18,170 nt of DNA from a virus (Duplodnaviria; Heunggongvirae; Uroviricota; Caudoviricetes). The notes beneath the pieces are model-generated. The model searched no databases. It was not told where the DNA came from and was given only the letters and a program-made list of their open reading frames with translations. The translations under genes and the position numbers were made by a program. How positions within the stretch are numbered: the first letter of the stretch is position 1; each line of letters starts with the position of its first letter. Shown here one piece after another: positions 9,784-18,107 of the stretch. The DNA is taken from the IMG/VR virus record IMGVR_UViG_2802429219_000014. One strand, given 5' to 3'.

Positions 9784-10530
9784 ATGAAAAATATTGCGGC
9801 AGGAGGCATTCTTGAACGTATCCGCAGACTGGCCCCGCCACATGTAACCGCCCCATTCAAAACGGTAGCGGAGTGGCGCGAGTGGCAACTTTCCGAAGGC
9901 CAGAAACGTTGTGAGGAGATCAACCGTCAGAATCGTCAGTTGCGGGTGGAAAAAATTCTGAATCGCTCTGGCATCCAGCCATTGCACCGCAAATGCTCGT
10001 TTGCGAATTACCAGGTGCAGAACGACGGTCAGCGATACGCGTTGAACCAGGCGAAATCTATCGCTGATGAACTGATGACCGGGTGTACAAATTTTGCGTT
10101 CAGCGGAAAACCTGGTACCGGAAAAAACCATCTGGCGGCGGCTATCGGGAATCGCCTGCTGAAAGATGGCCAGACAGTGATTGTGGTTACCGTGGCTGAT
10201 GTCATGAGTGCTCTACACGCCAGCTATGACGACGGGCAATCAGGCGAAAAATTTTTGCGGGAACTGTGCCAAGTGGATCTGCTGGTTCTTGATGAAATTG
10301 GCATTCAGCGCGAGACAAAAAACGAGCAGGTGGTGCTGCACCAGATTGTTGATCGCCGGACAGCGTCGATGCGCAGCGTGGGGATGCTGACAAACCTGAA
10401 CTATGAGGCCATGAAAACATTGCTCGGCGAGCGGATTATGGATCGCATGACCATGAACGGCGGGCGATGGGTGAATTTTAACTGGGAGAGCTGGCGTCCG
10501 AATGTCGTCCAGCCAGGAATTGCGAAGTGA
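9784..10530 (+). CDS. ydaV: DnaC/IstB-like AAA+ helicase loader YdaV (248 aa)
   Basis: Walker [16 protein letters not shown] and Walker [10 protein letters not shown] motifs visible in the translation. Confidence 0.85.
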   Translation: MKNIAAGGILERIRRLAPPHVTAPFKTVAEWREWQLSEGQKRCEEINRQNRQLRVEKILNRSGIQPLHRKCSFANYQVQNDGQRYALNQAKSIADELMTGCTNFAFSGKPGTGKNHLAAAIGNRLLKDGQTVIVVTVADVMSALHASYDDGQSGEKFLRELCQVDLLVLDEIGIQRETKNEQVVLHQIVDRRTASMRSVGMLTNLNYEAMKTLLGERIMDRMTMNGGRWVNFNWESWRPNVVQPGIAK

Positions 10531-10552
10531 TTTTTACCGGGAGGAAATTTTA

Positions 10553-11314
10553 ATGGAAACCGTTTTTGATGCACTGAAAGCAATGGGAAAAGCCACGTCG
10601 GTAGAACTGGCTGCGCGACTTGATATCAGTCGTGAAGAAGTGCTGAACGAGCTGTGGGAACTTAAAAAGGCTGGCTTCGTTGATAAAAGCGTATACACCT
10701 GGCGTGTGGCTGATAACAACGTTCAGCAGGAACAGCCAGAGCAGGCAGAACTGCCGGAAGAAACCACCACGGCAACAGTAGCGAAAATCTCAGAGTGCGA
10801 TTTAACCGCGACGATTGAACAACGTGGCCCACAAACGGCGGATGAACTGGCTACGTTTTTCGGCACCACATCACGCAAAGTGGCTTCAACGCTGGCAATG
10901 GCAATCAGCAAAGGCCGTCTGATTCGCGTTAATCAGAACGGTAAATTTCGTTACTGCATGCCGGGCGATGATTTACCAGCAGAGCCGAAAGCTGCATCGG
11001 TAACGGAAACTGATGGTAAAGCCTTTCCTCAACCAGCAGGTGTTGCGTTACCGGGACAGGAAGCTGCAATACAGGAAGATATTAAAACAGAAACTGTGGC
11101 GGACATTGTGCAGTCGTTGCCATCGTTTACCGAAACGCGAGCGGATGACCTCGTTCTGCCATCGCTGCATATGGCAAACCGCGAACTGCGTCGGGCGAAA
11201 AATCATGTCCAGAAGTGGGAGCGTGTCTGCGCCGCGCTGCGGGAGCTGAACAAGCACCGGGATATTGTTCGACTGATTACTGATTCTTCTCGCTGTGTTG
11301 CATCGGAAAAGTGA
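10553..11314 (+). CDS. ydaW: YdaW-like protein (253 aa), apparently intact, with two winged-helix-like segments
   Basis: Strong SD GGGAGG before the ATG at 10553; follows ydaV as in Rac, where the K-12 copy is recalled as a pseudogene. Confidence 0.65.
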   Translation: METVFDALKAMGKATSVELAARLDISREEVLNELWELKKAGFVDKSVYTWRVADNNVQQEQPEQAELPEETTTATVAKISECDLTATIEQRGPQTADELATFFGTTSRKVASTLAMAISKGRLIRVNQNGKFRYCMPGDDLPAEPKAASVTETDGKAFPQPAGVALPGQEAAIQEDIKTETVADIVQSLPSFTETRADDLVLPSLHMANRELRRAKNHVQKWERVCAALRELNKHRDIVRLITDSSRCVASEK

Positions 11315-11329
11315 TTGCCGGAGGCGCTT

Positions 11330-11746
11330 ATGGCAAAAGTATTTACACAAGAAGAGCGGGAAAAAATCAAGGGACAGGTTGTTGAGCTAGTACGCCGGAG
11401 TGGGCGCGAGACGTTACGGCAACTGGAAGCCAAGACAGGTGCGACAAGATATCTGATGAGCGTTCTCGCCAGAGAGCTGGTTGCCAGTGGCGATGTATAC
11501 AACTCTGGCTACGGGTTATTCCCGTCTGAACAGGCTCGTAAGGACTGGCAAAATGCCCGCAAAAAACTATCTAGGGCAAAGGTGAAGAAACCATCTGTGG
11601 TTGATCCGGACCTTATCTGGTCATTACCTGACGGAGAAATACGTCGTTATGACAGGCACCAAAACATAATTTGCTGTGAGTGCCGGAAGAGCGAAGTTAT
11701 GCAGCGCATACTGGCATTTTATCAGAGAAATTTTCGTTATTTATAG
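11330..11746 (+). CDS. Hypothetical protein (138 aa) with an N-terminal HTH/winged-helix-like segment
   Basis: SD CCGGAGG before the ATG at 11330; protein-like composition; no family recognised. Confidence 0.55.
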   Translation: MAKVFTQEEREKIKGQVVELVRRSGRETLRQLEAKTGATRYLMSVLARELVASGDVYNSGYGLFPSEQARKDWQNARKKLSRAKVKKPSVVDPDLIWSLPDGEIRRYDRHQNIICCECRKSEVMQRILAFYQRNFRYL

Positions 11747-11909
11747 ACGTTACTCGATTAAAGAGCATTAGTTCAGATGTGAATTGACATTTTCACGGCA
11801 CAGGATTGAGCTAGCGTGGTTGTCTGCTTTGTGTCAAAAGCAGATATTACCAGATTTAGACATCTATTCCCGATAGCCCTGCTCTGATGCTACACTCTGT
11901 GCTATTTTC

Positions 11910-12596
11910 ATGACCCCAATAAAAATATTTATGACTATTGCTGATTTCAAACGGCCTAAATTGGAGCTCCCAAACGGGGCAAACAAACTACTACTGCACT
12001 CTTGCTGTGCTCCATGTTCCGGTGAAGTGATGGAGGCGCTTCAGGCCTCGGGAATCGACTATACCATCTTTTTCTACAACCCGAACATTCATCCTCAGAA
12101 AGAGTATTTAATTCGTAAGGATGAGAATATTCGCTTTGCTGAACAACACGGCGTGCCATTTATTGATGCTGATTACGACACAGACAACTGGTTTGAACGT
12201 GCCAAAGGAATGGAATGGGAGCCCGAGAGGGGGATCCGTTGTACCATGTGTTTTGACATGCGTTTTGAGCGGACAGCGCTGTACGCTGCTGAAAATGGTT
12301 TCAGTGTGATCAGCAGTTCACTGGGCATTTCACGCTGGAAAAATATGCAGCAGGTTAACGACTGTGGGCGGCGAGCCGTCGCGCATTATCCGGGCATGGT
12401 GTACTGGGATTATAACTGGCGCAAGCAGGGCGGCTCGTCCCGCATGATTGAAATCAGCAAGCGCGAAAAATTCTATCAGCAGGAATATTGTGGCTGTGTG
12501 TATTCTCTGCGCGATACCAATCTACACCGCAAATCTCAGGGACGCCCTCTTATCAAAATTGGTCAACTCCACTACGGTAAAGAAGAGAAGGAGTGA
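11910..12596 (+). CDS. DUF208 / QueH-like (epoxyqueuosine reductase family) protein, 228 aa
   Basis: [11 protein letters not shown] motif near the N-terminus and CGCVYS near the C-terminus, recalled as DUF208/QueH signatures; no SD seen at either candidate ATG (11910 or 11931). Confidence 0.55.
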   Translation: MTPIKIFMTIADFKRPKLELPNGANKLLLHSCCAPCSGEVMEALQASGIDYTIFFYNPNIHPQKEYLIRKDENIRFAEQHGVPFIDADYDTDNWFERAKGMEWEPERGIRCTMCFDMRFERTALYAAENGFSVISSSLGISRWKNMQQVNDCGRRAVAHYPGMVYWDYNWRKQGGSSRMIEISKREKFYQQEYCGCVYSLRDTNLHRKSQGRPLIKIGQLHYGKEEKE

Positions 12597-12628
12597 TTTT
12601 ATGGAGCACCTTTCTTATTGATTTCATA

Positions 12629-12657
12629 TTGGCGAGGTAGCGGGAGTTAAGTAAAAT
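12629..12657 (+). promoter_or_regulatory. Candidate promoter for hok mRNA (TTGGCG-17-TAAAAT)
   Basis: Hexamers read in the sequence about 175 nt upstream of the hok ATG, followed by a structured leader. Confidence 0.35.
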
Positions 12658-12833
12658 TGCTGCGGGTGCTTGAGGCTATCTGCCTCAGGCATGAACACCA
12701 AAAGGCAGATAGAGAAAAGCCCCAGTTAACATTACGCGTCCTGCAAGACGCTTAACATTAATCTGAGGCTCAATCTATGCTGAACACATGTAGGTTAGCC
12801 TCTTACGTGCCGAAAGGCAAGGAGAAGCAGGCT

Positions 12834-12989
12834 ATGAAGCAGCAAAAGGCGATGTTAATCGCCCTGATCGTCATCTGTTTAACCGTCATAGTGACGGCAC
12901 TGGTAACGAGGAAAGACCTCTGCGAGGTACGAATCCGAACCGGGCAGACGGAAGTCGCTGTCTTCACAGCTTACGAACCTGAGGAGTAA
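12834..12989 (+). CDS. hokD: Hok/Gef-family type I toxin (51 aa membrane peptide), HokD/RelF-like
   Basis: MKQQKAMLIALIVICLTVIVTALVTRKDLCEVRIRTGQTEVAVFTAYEPEE; single TM helix plus the conserved Hok C-terminal core; SD AAGGAG 9 nt before the ATG. Confidence 0.85.
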   Translation: MKQQKAMLIALIVICLTVIVTALVTRKDLCEVRIRTGQTEVAVFTAYEPEE

Positions 12990-12999
12990 GAGACCGGGC

Positions 13000-13021
13000 G
13001 AGGGAGAAATCCCTCGCCACC
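13000..13021 (+). other. Perfect 9-bp stem with GAAA loop (GGCGAGGGAGAAATCCCTCGCC) at the hok mRNA 3' end
   Basis: Read directly; sits immediately after the hok stop, where hok mRNAs carry their 3' fold-back stem-loop. Confidence 0.5.
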
Positions 13022-13455
13022 TCTGATGTATTATGCATCCTCAACGCACCCACACTTAACCAGTTTTGGCGAGTTTATTTTATCTGTAAATATTTTTATA
13101 AAAATAATGCCCACGCACAGCATAAAACAAAAAGTATTACAGATAAAAAAGGAGCGTAATGTGCAGATTTGTTGTTTTCCATATTTACTCACCTTAATAT
13201 GATTGATCTTGATAGGATTGTTATTTCAGTGGTTTTCAAATGAGATATTATGGTGATCTGGTAGATTTGCATAACATTAAAATTTAATTTGTTTAACCGC
13301 TTTTAATAATAAGCGTTGTTTTTATCCCGGCAATCTGTTGTTTGGTTTTTATTTCATTAAGGTGGGGACTTTACACTGGAGCCAGTTTATTTATACTTCA
13401 TACGTCAGCCTGAACAACTGGCATCTGCTGCACTGCGCCATCGAGAGATTGAGAA

Positions 13456-14055
13456 ATGGCGCATATACAACTGGTCAAACAAACTTCTTCTGGTTTACTT
13501 CTCCCGGCGACGCCGGAGAGTTGCGATTTTCTGCATCAAATCAAAATAGGTGAGTGGATACACGCAGACTTTAAGCGTGTGCGTAACTACGCATTCCACA
13601 AGCGTTTTTTCAAACTCCTGCAACTGGGATTCGATTACTGGACTCCGGTCGGTGGGGCGATCACACCTCGCGAACGAGAAATGGTGTTCGGCTTCGTTGA
13701 TTACCTGTGTGAATCAGTAGGCAGGGAACATACGCCAGCTCTGAGTGATGCCGCGGAACAATATCTGAATACCGTTGCGACACGCAGAACCCGGGATATG
13801 GCATTGCTCAAATCATTTGACGCTTTCCGCGAGTGGGTAACCATTCAGGCCGGATTTTACACCGAGCATTTTTATCCTGATGGTAGTCGTGGGCGTCGGG
13901 CGAAATCCATCGCGTTTGCGAATATGGACGAAACCGAGTTTCAGCAGGTTTATAAATCTGTACTGAATGTGCTGTGGAACTGGATTCTGTTCCGTAAATT
14001 TTCCTCTCCGGAACAAGTCGAAAATGTGGCCGCGCAGCTACTGGAGTTTGCGTAA
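13456..14055 (+). CDS. Conserved phage nin-region protein (199 aa), possibly DUF1367 family
   Basis: 199-aa ORF; stop overlaps the start of the next gene (TAATG); family name is a low-certainty recollection. Confidence 0.6.
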   Translation: MAHIQLVKQTSSGLLLPATPESCDFLHQIKIGEWIHADFKRVRNYAFHKRFFKLLQLGFDYWTPVGGAITPREREMVFGFVDYLCESVGREHTPALSDAAEQYLNTVATRRTRDMALLKSFDAFREWVTIQAGFYTEHFYPDGSRGRRAKSIAFANMDETEFQQVYKSVLNVLWNWILFRKFSSPEQVENVAAQLLEFA

Positions 14056-14345
14056 TGGTGGATTTACGTAAAGCGGCGCGGGGCCAGATGTGCCAGGTCA
14101 GAATCCCTGGCTACTGCAATCACAATCCCGAAACTTCTGTGCTGGCGCATTACAGGTTGGCAGGGACGTGCGGAACAGCGACAAAACCACACGATATGCA
14201 GGCAGCGATTGCCTGTAACTCATGCCACGATTTAATCGACGGGCGGGTAAAAACCAGCGATTACACCAAAGAAGAATTACGCCTGATGCATGCAGAAGGT
14301 GTTTTTCGCACGCAAGAAATCTGGAGAAAGGAAGGTTATTTATGA
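14055..14345 (+). CDS. YbcO-like Cys-rich protein (96 aa, DUF1364-like putative Zn-binding nuclease)
   Basis: 96 aa with several Cys/His; same size and position (just before Q) as DLP12 YbcO. Confidence 0.65.
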   Translation: MVDLRKAARGQMCQVRIPGYCNHNPETSVLAHYRLAGTCGTATKPHDMQAAIACNSCHDLIDGRVKTSDYTKEELRLMHAEGVFRTQEIWRKEGYL

Positions 14346-14878
14346 TTTACCCAACAAATACAGGCAAAAGCGGGGAACACCTTCGTCTCACCACGCTGGA
14401 AAGTGTCTGGATTCAGGGAAAACTGCGCATGTGGGGGCGCTGGTCGTATATTGGCGGCGGTAAGACGGGGAATATGTTTAACCAGTTGCTGGCGTCAAAA
14501 AAATTGACGAAAACAGCCATCAATGAAGCCCTGCGCAGAATGAAAAAAGCGGGAATAGAGAAAGCTGAGCTGGAAGCGTTTTTGCGAGAGATGATCAACG
14601 GCAAGCAAAAGAGCTGGCTGGTGCATTGTACTGATGCAGAGGCACTAAAAATTGATAGTGTTATAGGTGAAGTTCTGGCGGATCATCCAGGACTACTAAA
14701 TGTCCTGAGTCAGCGTTATGTGGGGCGAGGGATGAGTAAGAGAAGGATGGCCGAGTTATTAAACGAACAGTACCCAGAGTGGGCGTTGATTACATGCCGA
14801 CGTCGTGTTGATCAGTGGTTGCGTGTTGCTGAGTTCATTTTGTATTCACCTATGAGAGAAGCGTTCGATTATGCTTAA
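14342..14878 (+). CDS. Putative late-gene antiterminator Q (178 aa, Q21/QuuD-like family)
   Basis: ATG at 14342 overlaps the preceding stop (ATGA); WGRWS motif near the N-terminus; last gene before the tRNA/lysis region. Confidence 0.55.
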   Translation: MIYPTNTGKSGEHLRLTTLESVWIQGKLRMWGRWSYIGGGKTGNMFNQLLASKKLTKTAINEALRRMKKAGIEKAELEAFLREMINGKQKSWLVHCTDAEALKIDSVIGEVLADHPGLLNVLSQRYVGRGMSKRRMAELLNEQYPEWALITCRRRVDQWLRVAEFILYSPMREAFDYA

Positions 14879-14885
14879 AAAATCA

Positions 14886-14914
14886 TTGCAAAATGAGCCA
14901 CAAACTGCTTCAAT
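14886..14914 (+). promoter_or_regulatory. Candidate late promoter pR'-like (TTGCAA-17-TTCAAT)
   Basis: Weak sigma70-like hexamers just after the Q stop; placement by analogy with lambdoid late promoters. Confidence 0.3.
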
Positions 14915-14973
14915 TTCGGTACGCTTCGCATAGCTGTATCGCGAGGCAAATTAAGCGCATGAACTTTAATACA

Positions 14974-15000
14974 ACCCGCCATTGAGCGGGTTTTGTTGTT
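14974..15000 (+). terminator. Intrinsic terminator, tR'-like (6-bp GC stem ACCCGC/GCGGGT, 6-nt loop, then TTTTGTTGTTT)
   Basis: Hairpin plus U-rich tract read in the sequence, about 60-100 nt downstream of the candidate pR'. Confidence 0.5.
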
Positions 15001-15133
15001 TCTGTGGCGTGATATCAGAAACGACATTTAATAATCGCCTTCAAAATAAATTTGTTTATACATTGTCATGTATATTTTAAGTGAAAGTGAATTATTCACA
15101 TAAAATAAAAACATATAAATAAATTTACATAAC

Positions 15134-15162
15134 TTGACGCAAAGTGTTGTTGCGATTGGAAT
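15134..15162 (+). promoter_or_regulatory. Candidate promoter upstream of the tRNA genes (TTGACG-17-TGGAAT)
   Basis: Hexamers read in the sequence about 80 nt upstream of tRNA-Thr; the -10 is weak. Confidence 0.3.
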
Positions 15163-15240
15163 ATTAAATCGTATCATCGAAAACGGTTCTGAGGGGGAAC
15201 TCTTCTTTGCTCGGTGATATCGCTCCCCTGAAGAACCAAT

Positions 15241-15316
<76 letters not shown>

Positions 15317-15319
15317 TAT

Positions 15320-15394
<75 letters not shown>

Positions 15395-15755
15395 GCATTT
15401 GAAACAAGCCTTATTGTATTGCGGCACTGGCGTATTTTTTTATTACGTGGGAGCAGGTTGTTTTGAAAAAGCATTCTGTTCTCTGGCTATGATTTGAGGC
15501 CGGGTGTAGCCTCAGTGCTGATTTTTTACGGCAGCAGAATGGTGCATTATCGGTGGAGATTTTGTATTTCCTGGCAGGGTCGGTGATGCATCATTCTGGT
15601 GTTGTAAAAGCACCGCAGAGGCGTTCCTCAGGGCGAGGGTGGTTTAAAGAGTCGGTTTAGCGGGAAACCACAGTATCCATACGGCACGGAATACTTCGGG
15701 AGGCACCCGACGCCTCGGTTTTATAACAATTAAATAATTCATCCCTTAATTGACC

Positions 15756-15782
15756 AACCGCCGTATCAGGCGGTTTTTTTTA
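15756..15782 (+). terminator. Strong intrinsic terminator (AACCGCC-GTATCA-GGCGGTT followed by eight or more T)
   Basis: GC-rich hairpin immediately followed by a long T tract, read in the sequence. Confidence 0.65.
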
Positions 15783-15790
15783 TTCTTAAT

Positions 15791-15827
15791 TCGAAAAAAG
15801 AAAACACGGACACTGATAATGTCCGTG
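15791..15827 (-). terminator. Reverse-strand intrinsic terminator (8-bp stem CACGGACA/TGTCCGTG, followed on the minus strand by TTTTCTTTTTTCG)
   Basis: Perfect 8-bp hairpin with a U-rich tract on the minus strand; back to back with the plus-strand terminator. Confidence 0.5.
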
Positions 15828-16166
15828 CGGCAATGCCATGTAAGTCAGTGATGAATATGGCGCAAAAAAAGCGCGGCTGTCGGATTAACGCCGCGGGACA
15901 AAGTCCGTGAAGAAGAATAAGTATCGGTCTCCTTCCGGAGACGAGTTGATATTACTAAGCTTTAAAAATGGTTTAAATCCTCAGATTAACCTTAATTTCA
16001 GATAAGGTTTATTTCATTTTCTCCGCGTCACATCCGACGCACATCACATCAGATAACACCACACAAAAGGCATCTGCGGGTGTCTTTGACGGGGTGTTTT
16101 TTACGGGCCGCTGGTGGCCATTTTTTGTTTCCATTACACAGCGCCCGCATCTGCGAGGTGGGGGTT

Positions 16167-16382
16167 ATGAAATCCATGGATAAGTTAACAACGGGTGTCG
16201 CCTATGGCACCTCCGCAGGCAGTGCTGGCTACTGGTTTTTACAGTTGCTCGATAGAGTAACTCCGTCACAGTGGGCTGCAATCGGTGTGCTGGGTAGTCT
16301 GGTATTTGGCTTGCTGACGTACCTGACAAACCTTTATTTCAAGATTAAAGAAGACAAGCGTAAGGTTGCACGGGGAGAGTAA
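16167..16382 (+). CDS. Class II pinholin with dual start (MKSM...; 71/68 aa), phage 21 S-like
   Basis: SD GAGGTGGGGG before the ATG; dual-start Met-Lys-Ser-Met motif; two TM segments; aligns from memory with S21. Confidence 0.85.
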   Translation: MKSMDKLTTGVAYGTSAGSAGYWFLQLLDRVTPSQWAAIGVLGSLVFGLLTYLTNLYFKIKEDKRKVARGE

Positions 16383-16386
16383 TTCA

Positions 16387-16731
16387 ATGACACAAAACTA
16401 TGAACTGATTGTGAAAGGGATCCGCAATTTTGAGAATAAAGTTGCGGTAACTGTAGCATTAAGGGACAAAAAACGCTTTGACAGTGAAATTTTTGACCTG
16501 GACATCTCGCTGGACCGTGTTGAAGGTGCCGCGCTGGAGTTTTATGAGGCAGCAGCCAGAAGGAGCATCAGACAGGTCTTCCTGGAAGTTGCAGCCGGGT
16601 TATGTGAAGGGGATGAGCAGTCGCCGGAAAAGCGCCCCGTAATTTTAGAGGCGCAGAATGTGTGGATAACCTACAAAGGAAAGCTACCAGGAAGAATTAC
16701 TGATTCTCTGAAGACTCCACCGAAATGGTAA
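16387..16731 (+). CDS. Hypothetical protein (114 aa) between holin and endolysin, possibly YdfR/DUF1327-like
   Basis: SD GGGGAGAG before the ATG, 4 nt after the holin stop; K-12 Qin carries ydfR in the equivalent position. Confidence 0.55.
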   Translation: MTQNYELIVKGIRNFENKVAVTVALRDKKRFDSEIFDLDISLDRVEGAALEFYEAAARRSIRQVFLEVAAGLCEGDEQSPEKRPVILEAQNVWITYKGKLPGRITDSLKTPPKW

Positions 16732-16969
16732 TTTTACCAGCATATTTTTCTTCCAGTAATGCCGCCAGCCACTTGAAAGAATTTTGTTGTTCCTGGGACC
16801 ATTTGGGGTTGCGTGATTCAAGCAGGAGCGATGCCAGTGTTGGTTGCATTTGTTCTCTGGGAATTGATAAGGCCAAATATGAAAATGCAACAGTGAGGGC
16901 ATTTACATCATCCCGAAGCTTTGAAATGCAGTCGAGCAACTCCTGTAGAGAAATGGTGTTATTGTCCAT
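16697..16969 (-). CDS. Candidate reverse-strand hypothetical protein (90 aa) inside the lysis cassette
   Basis: Good SD (AAGAGGA, 6-nt spacer) before the ATG at 16969; helical-looking composition; 3' end overlaps the preceding plus-strand gene by 35 nt. Confidence 0.35.
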   Translation of the reverse strand: MDNNTISLQELLDCISKLRDDVNALTVAFSYLALSIPREQMQPTLASLLLESRNPKWSQEQQNSFKWLAALLEEKYAGKITISVESSENQ

Positions 16970-17074
16970 AAATAATCCTCTTGATTGTCTTTACCTTTTC
17001 CCCGCCTGATTCAACAGGCCAGGACAGATAAACATGTCCAGGGTTCAGAAACCGATAAATCCTGATAAATATCC

Positions 17075-17608
17075 ATGAACGCAAGAATCAAATACGGCCT
17101 GTCAGCGGCCGTTCTGGCGCTGATTGGAGCAGGCGCATCTGCTCCTGAGATACTTGACCAGTTTCTGGATGAAAAAGAGGGTAACCACACTACGGCATAC
17201 CGCGATGGTTCCGGCATATGGACCATCTGTCGAGGGGCCACGATGGTGGATGGTAAACCTGTTATTCCTGGCATGAAACTGACGAAGGAAAAATGCGATC
17301 AGGTTAATGCCATTGAACGGGATAAGGCACTGGCATGGGTGGAGCGCAATATTAAAGTGCCACTGACCGAACCACAGAAAGCGGGTATAGCGTCATTTTG
17401 CCCCTATAACATTGGCCCCGGTAAGTGTTTCCCGTCGACGTTTTATAAGCGGCTGAATGCAGGTGATCGTAAAGGTGCCTGCGAGGCGATTCGCTGGTGG
17501 ATTAAGGACAGGGGGCGCGATTGCCGCCTTCGTTCAAATAACTGTTACGGTCAGGTTATTCGTCGTGATCAGGAGAGCGCATTAGCCTGTTGGGGGATAG
17601 ATCAGTGA
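17075..17608 (+). CDS. SAR endolysin (177 aa, T4-lysozyme fold, GH24-like), phage 21 R-like
   Basis: N-terminal Gly/Ala-rich weakly hydrophobic signal-anchor-release segment ([18 protein letters not shown]) followed by an E...D...T catalytic region. Confidence 0.9.
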   Translation: MNARIKYGLSAAVLALIGAGASAPEILDQFLDEKEGNHTTAYRDGSGIWTICRGATMVDGKPVIPGMKLTKEKCDQVNAIERDKALAWVERNIKVPLTEPQKAGIASFCPYNIGPGKCFPSTFYKRLNAGDRKGACEAIRWWIKDRGRDCRLRSNNCYGQVIRRDQESALACWGIDQ

Positions 17609-18090
17609 GCAAAGTCACTGCGATTATTTCCGTTTTGATTATCTGTATCATCGTTTGCCTGTCATGGGCTGTTAATCATTACCGTGATAATGCCATTACC
17701 TACAAAGCACAACGCGATAATGTGACGGAAAAACTCAACCAGGCGACCGCAATCATTACTGACATGCAGATACGCCAGCGTGATGTTGCTGCACTCGATG
17801 CAAAATACCTGAAGGAGTTAGCTGATGCGAAAGCTGAAAATGATGCTCTGCGTGATGATGTTGCCGCTGGTCGTCGTCGGTTGCACATCAAAGCAGTCTG
17901 TCCGTCCGTGCGTGAAGCCACCATCGCCTCCAGCGTGGATAATGCAGTCTCCCCCAGACTGGCAGACACCGCTGAACGGGATTATTTCACCCTCCGGGAA
18001 CGACTGGTAATGATGCAGGCCCAACTTGAAGGTGCTCAGCAATTGAGCTGGCCCCCTGAAATACCAGACAGTAGATGTATCTTAAAATAA
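17605..18090 (+). CDS. Rz i-spanin (161 aa, GTG start overlapping the endolysin stop)
   Basis: N-terminal TM segment plus coiled-coil region; aligns from memory with lambda Rz apart from the last ~15 residues. Confidence 0.8.
   Translation: MSKVTAIISVLIICIIVCLSWAVNHYRDNAITYKAQRDNVTEKLNQATAIITDMQIRQRDVAALDAKYLKELADAKAENDALRDDVAAGRRRLHIKAVCPSVREATIASSVDNAVSPRLADTAERDYFTLRERLVMMQAQLEGAQQLSWPPEIPDSRCILK
17825..18010 (+). CDS. Rz1 o-spanin lipoprotein (61 aa), embedded in the +1 frame of Rz
   Basis: Lipobox LVVVGC after a signal peptide; Pro-rich mature part; wholly contained within Rz. Confidence 0.85.
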   Translation: MRKLKMMLCVMMLPLVVVGCTSKQSVRPCVKPPSPPAWIMQSPPDWQTPLNGIISPSGNDW

Positions 18091-18107
18091 GAGATAGGCT
18101 TGGATAT

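Noticed and set aside
9348-10131. Minus-strand ORFs of 191 and 130 aa
   Set aside because: Antisense to ydaU and ydaV, which carry clear protein motifs (Walker A/B in ydaV).
13338-13553. 71-aa plus-strand ORF
   Set aside because: Begins in the AT-rich region and overlaps the start of the 199-aa gene in another frame; no SD.
14222-14341. N-terminal extension of the Q-like ORF (218-aa version)
   Set aside because: It would overlap the YbcO-like gene by 120 nt; the ATG at 14342 forms a coupled ATGA junction instead.
15395-16166. Toxin or other cargo gene between the tRNAs and the holin (the slot used by stx in Stx phages)
   Set aside because: No ORF of 60 codons or more on either strand, and only peptides of 15-32 codons on manual inspection; treated as non-coding.
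16684-17009. Additional overlapping ORFs (72 aa minus strand, 94 aa plus strand) in the holin-endolysin spacer
   Set aside because: Alternative frames over the same spacer without ribosome binding sites; only the 90-aa minus-strand ORF with a strong SD was kept, as a candidate.
17700-18042. Minus-strand ORFs of 89 and 74 aa
   Set aside because: Antisense to Rz and Rz1, whose features (TM segment, lipobox) support the plus-strand genes.
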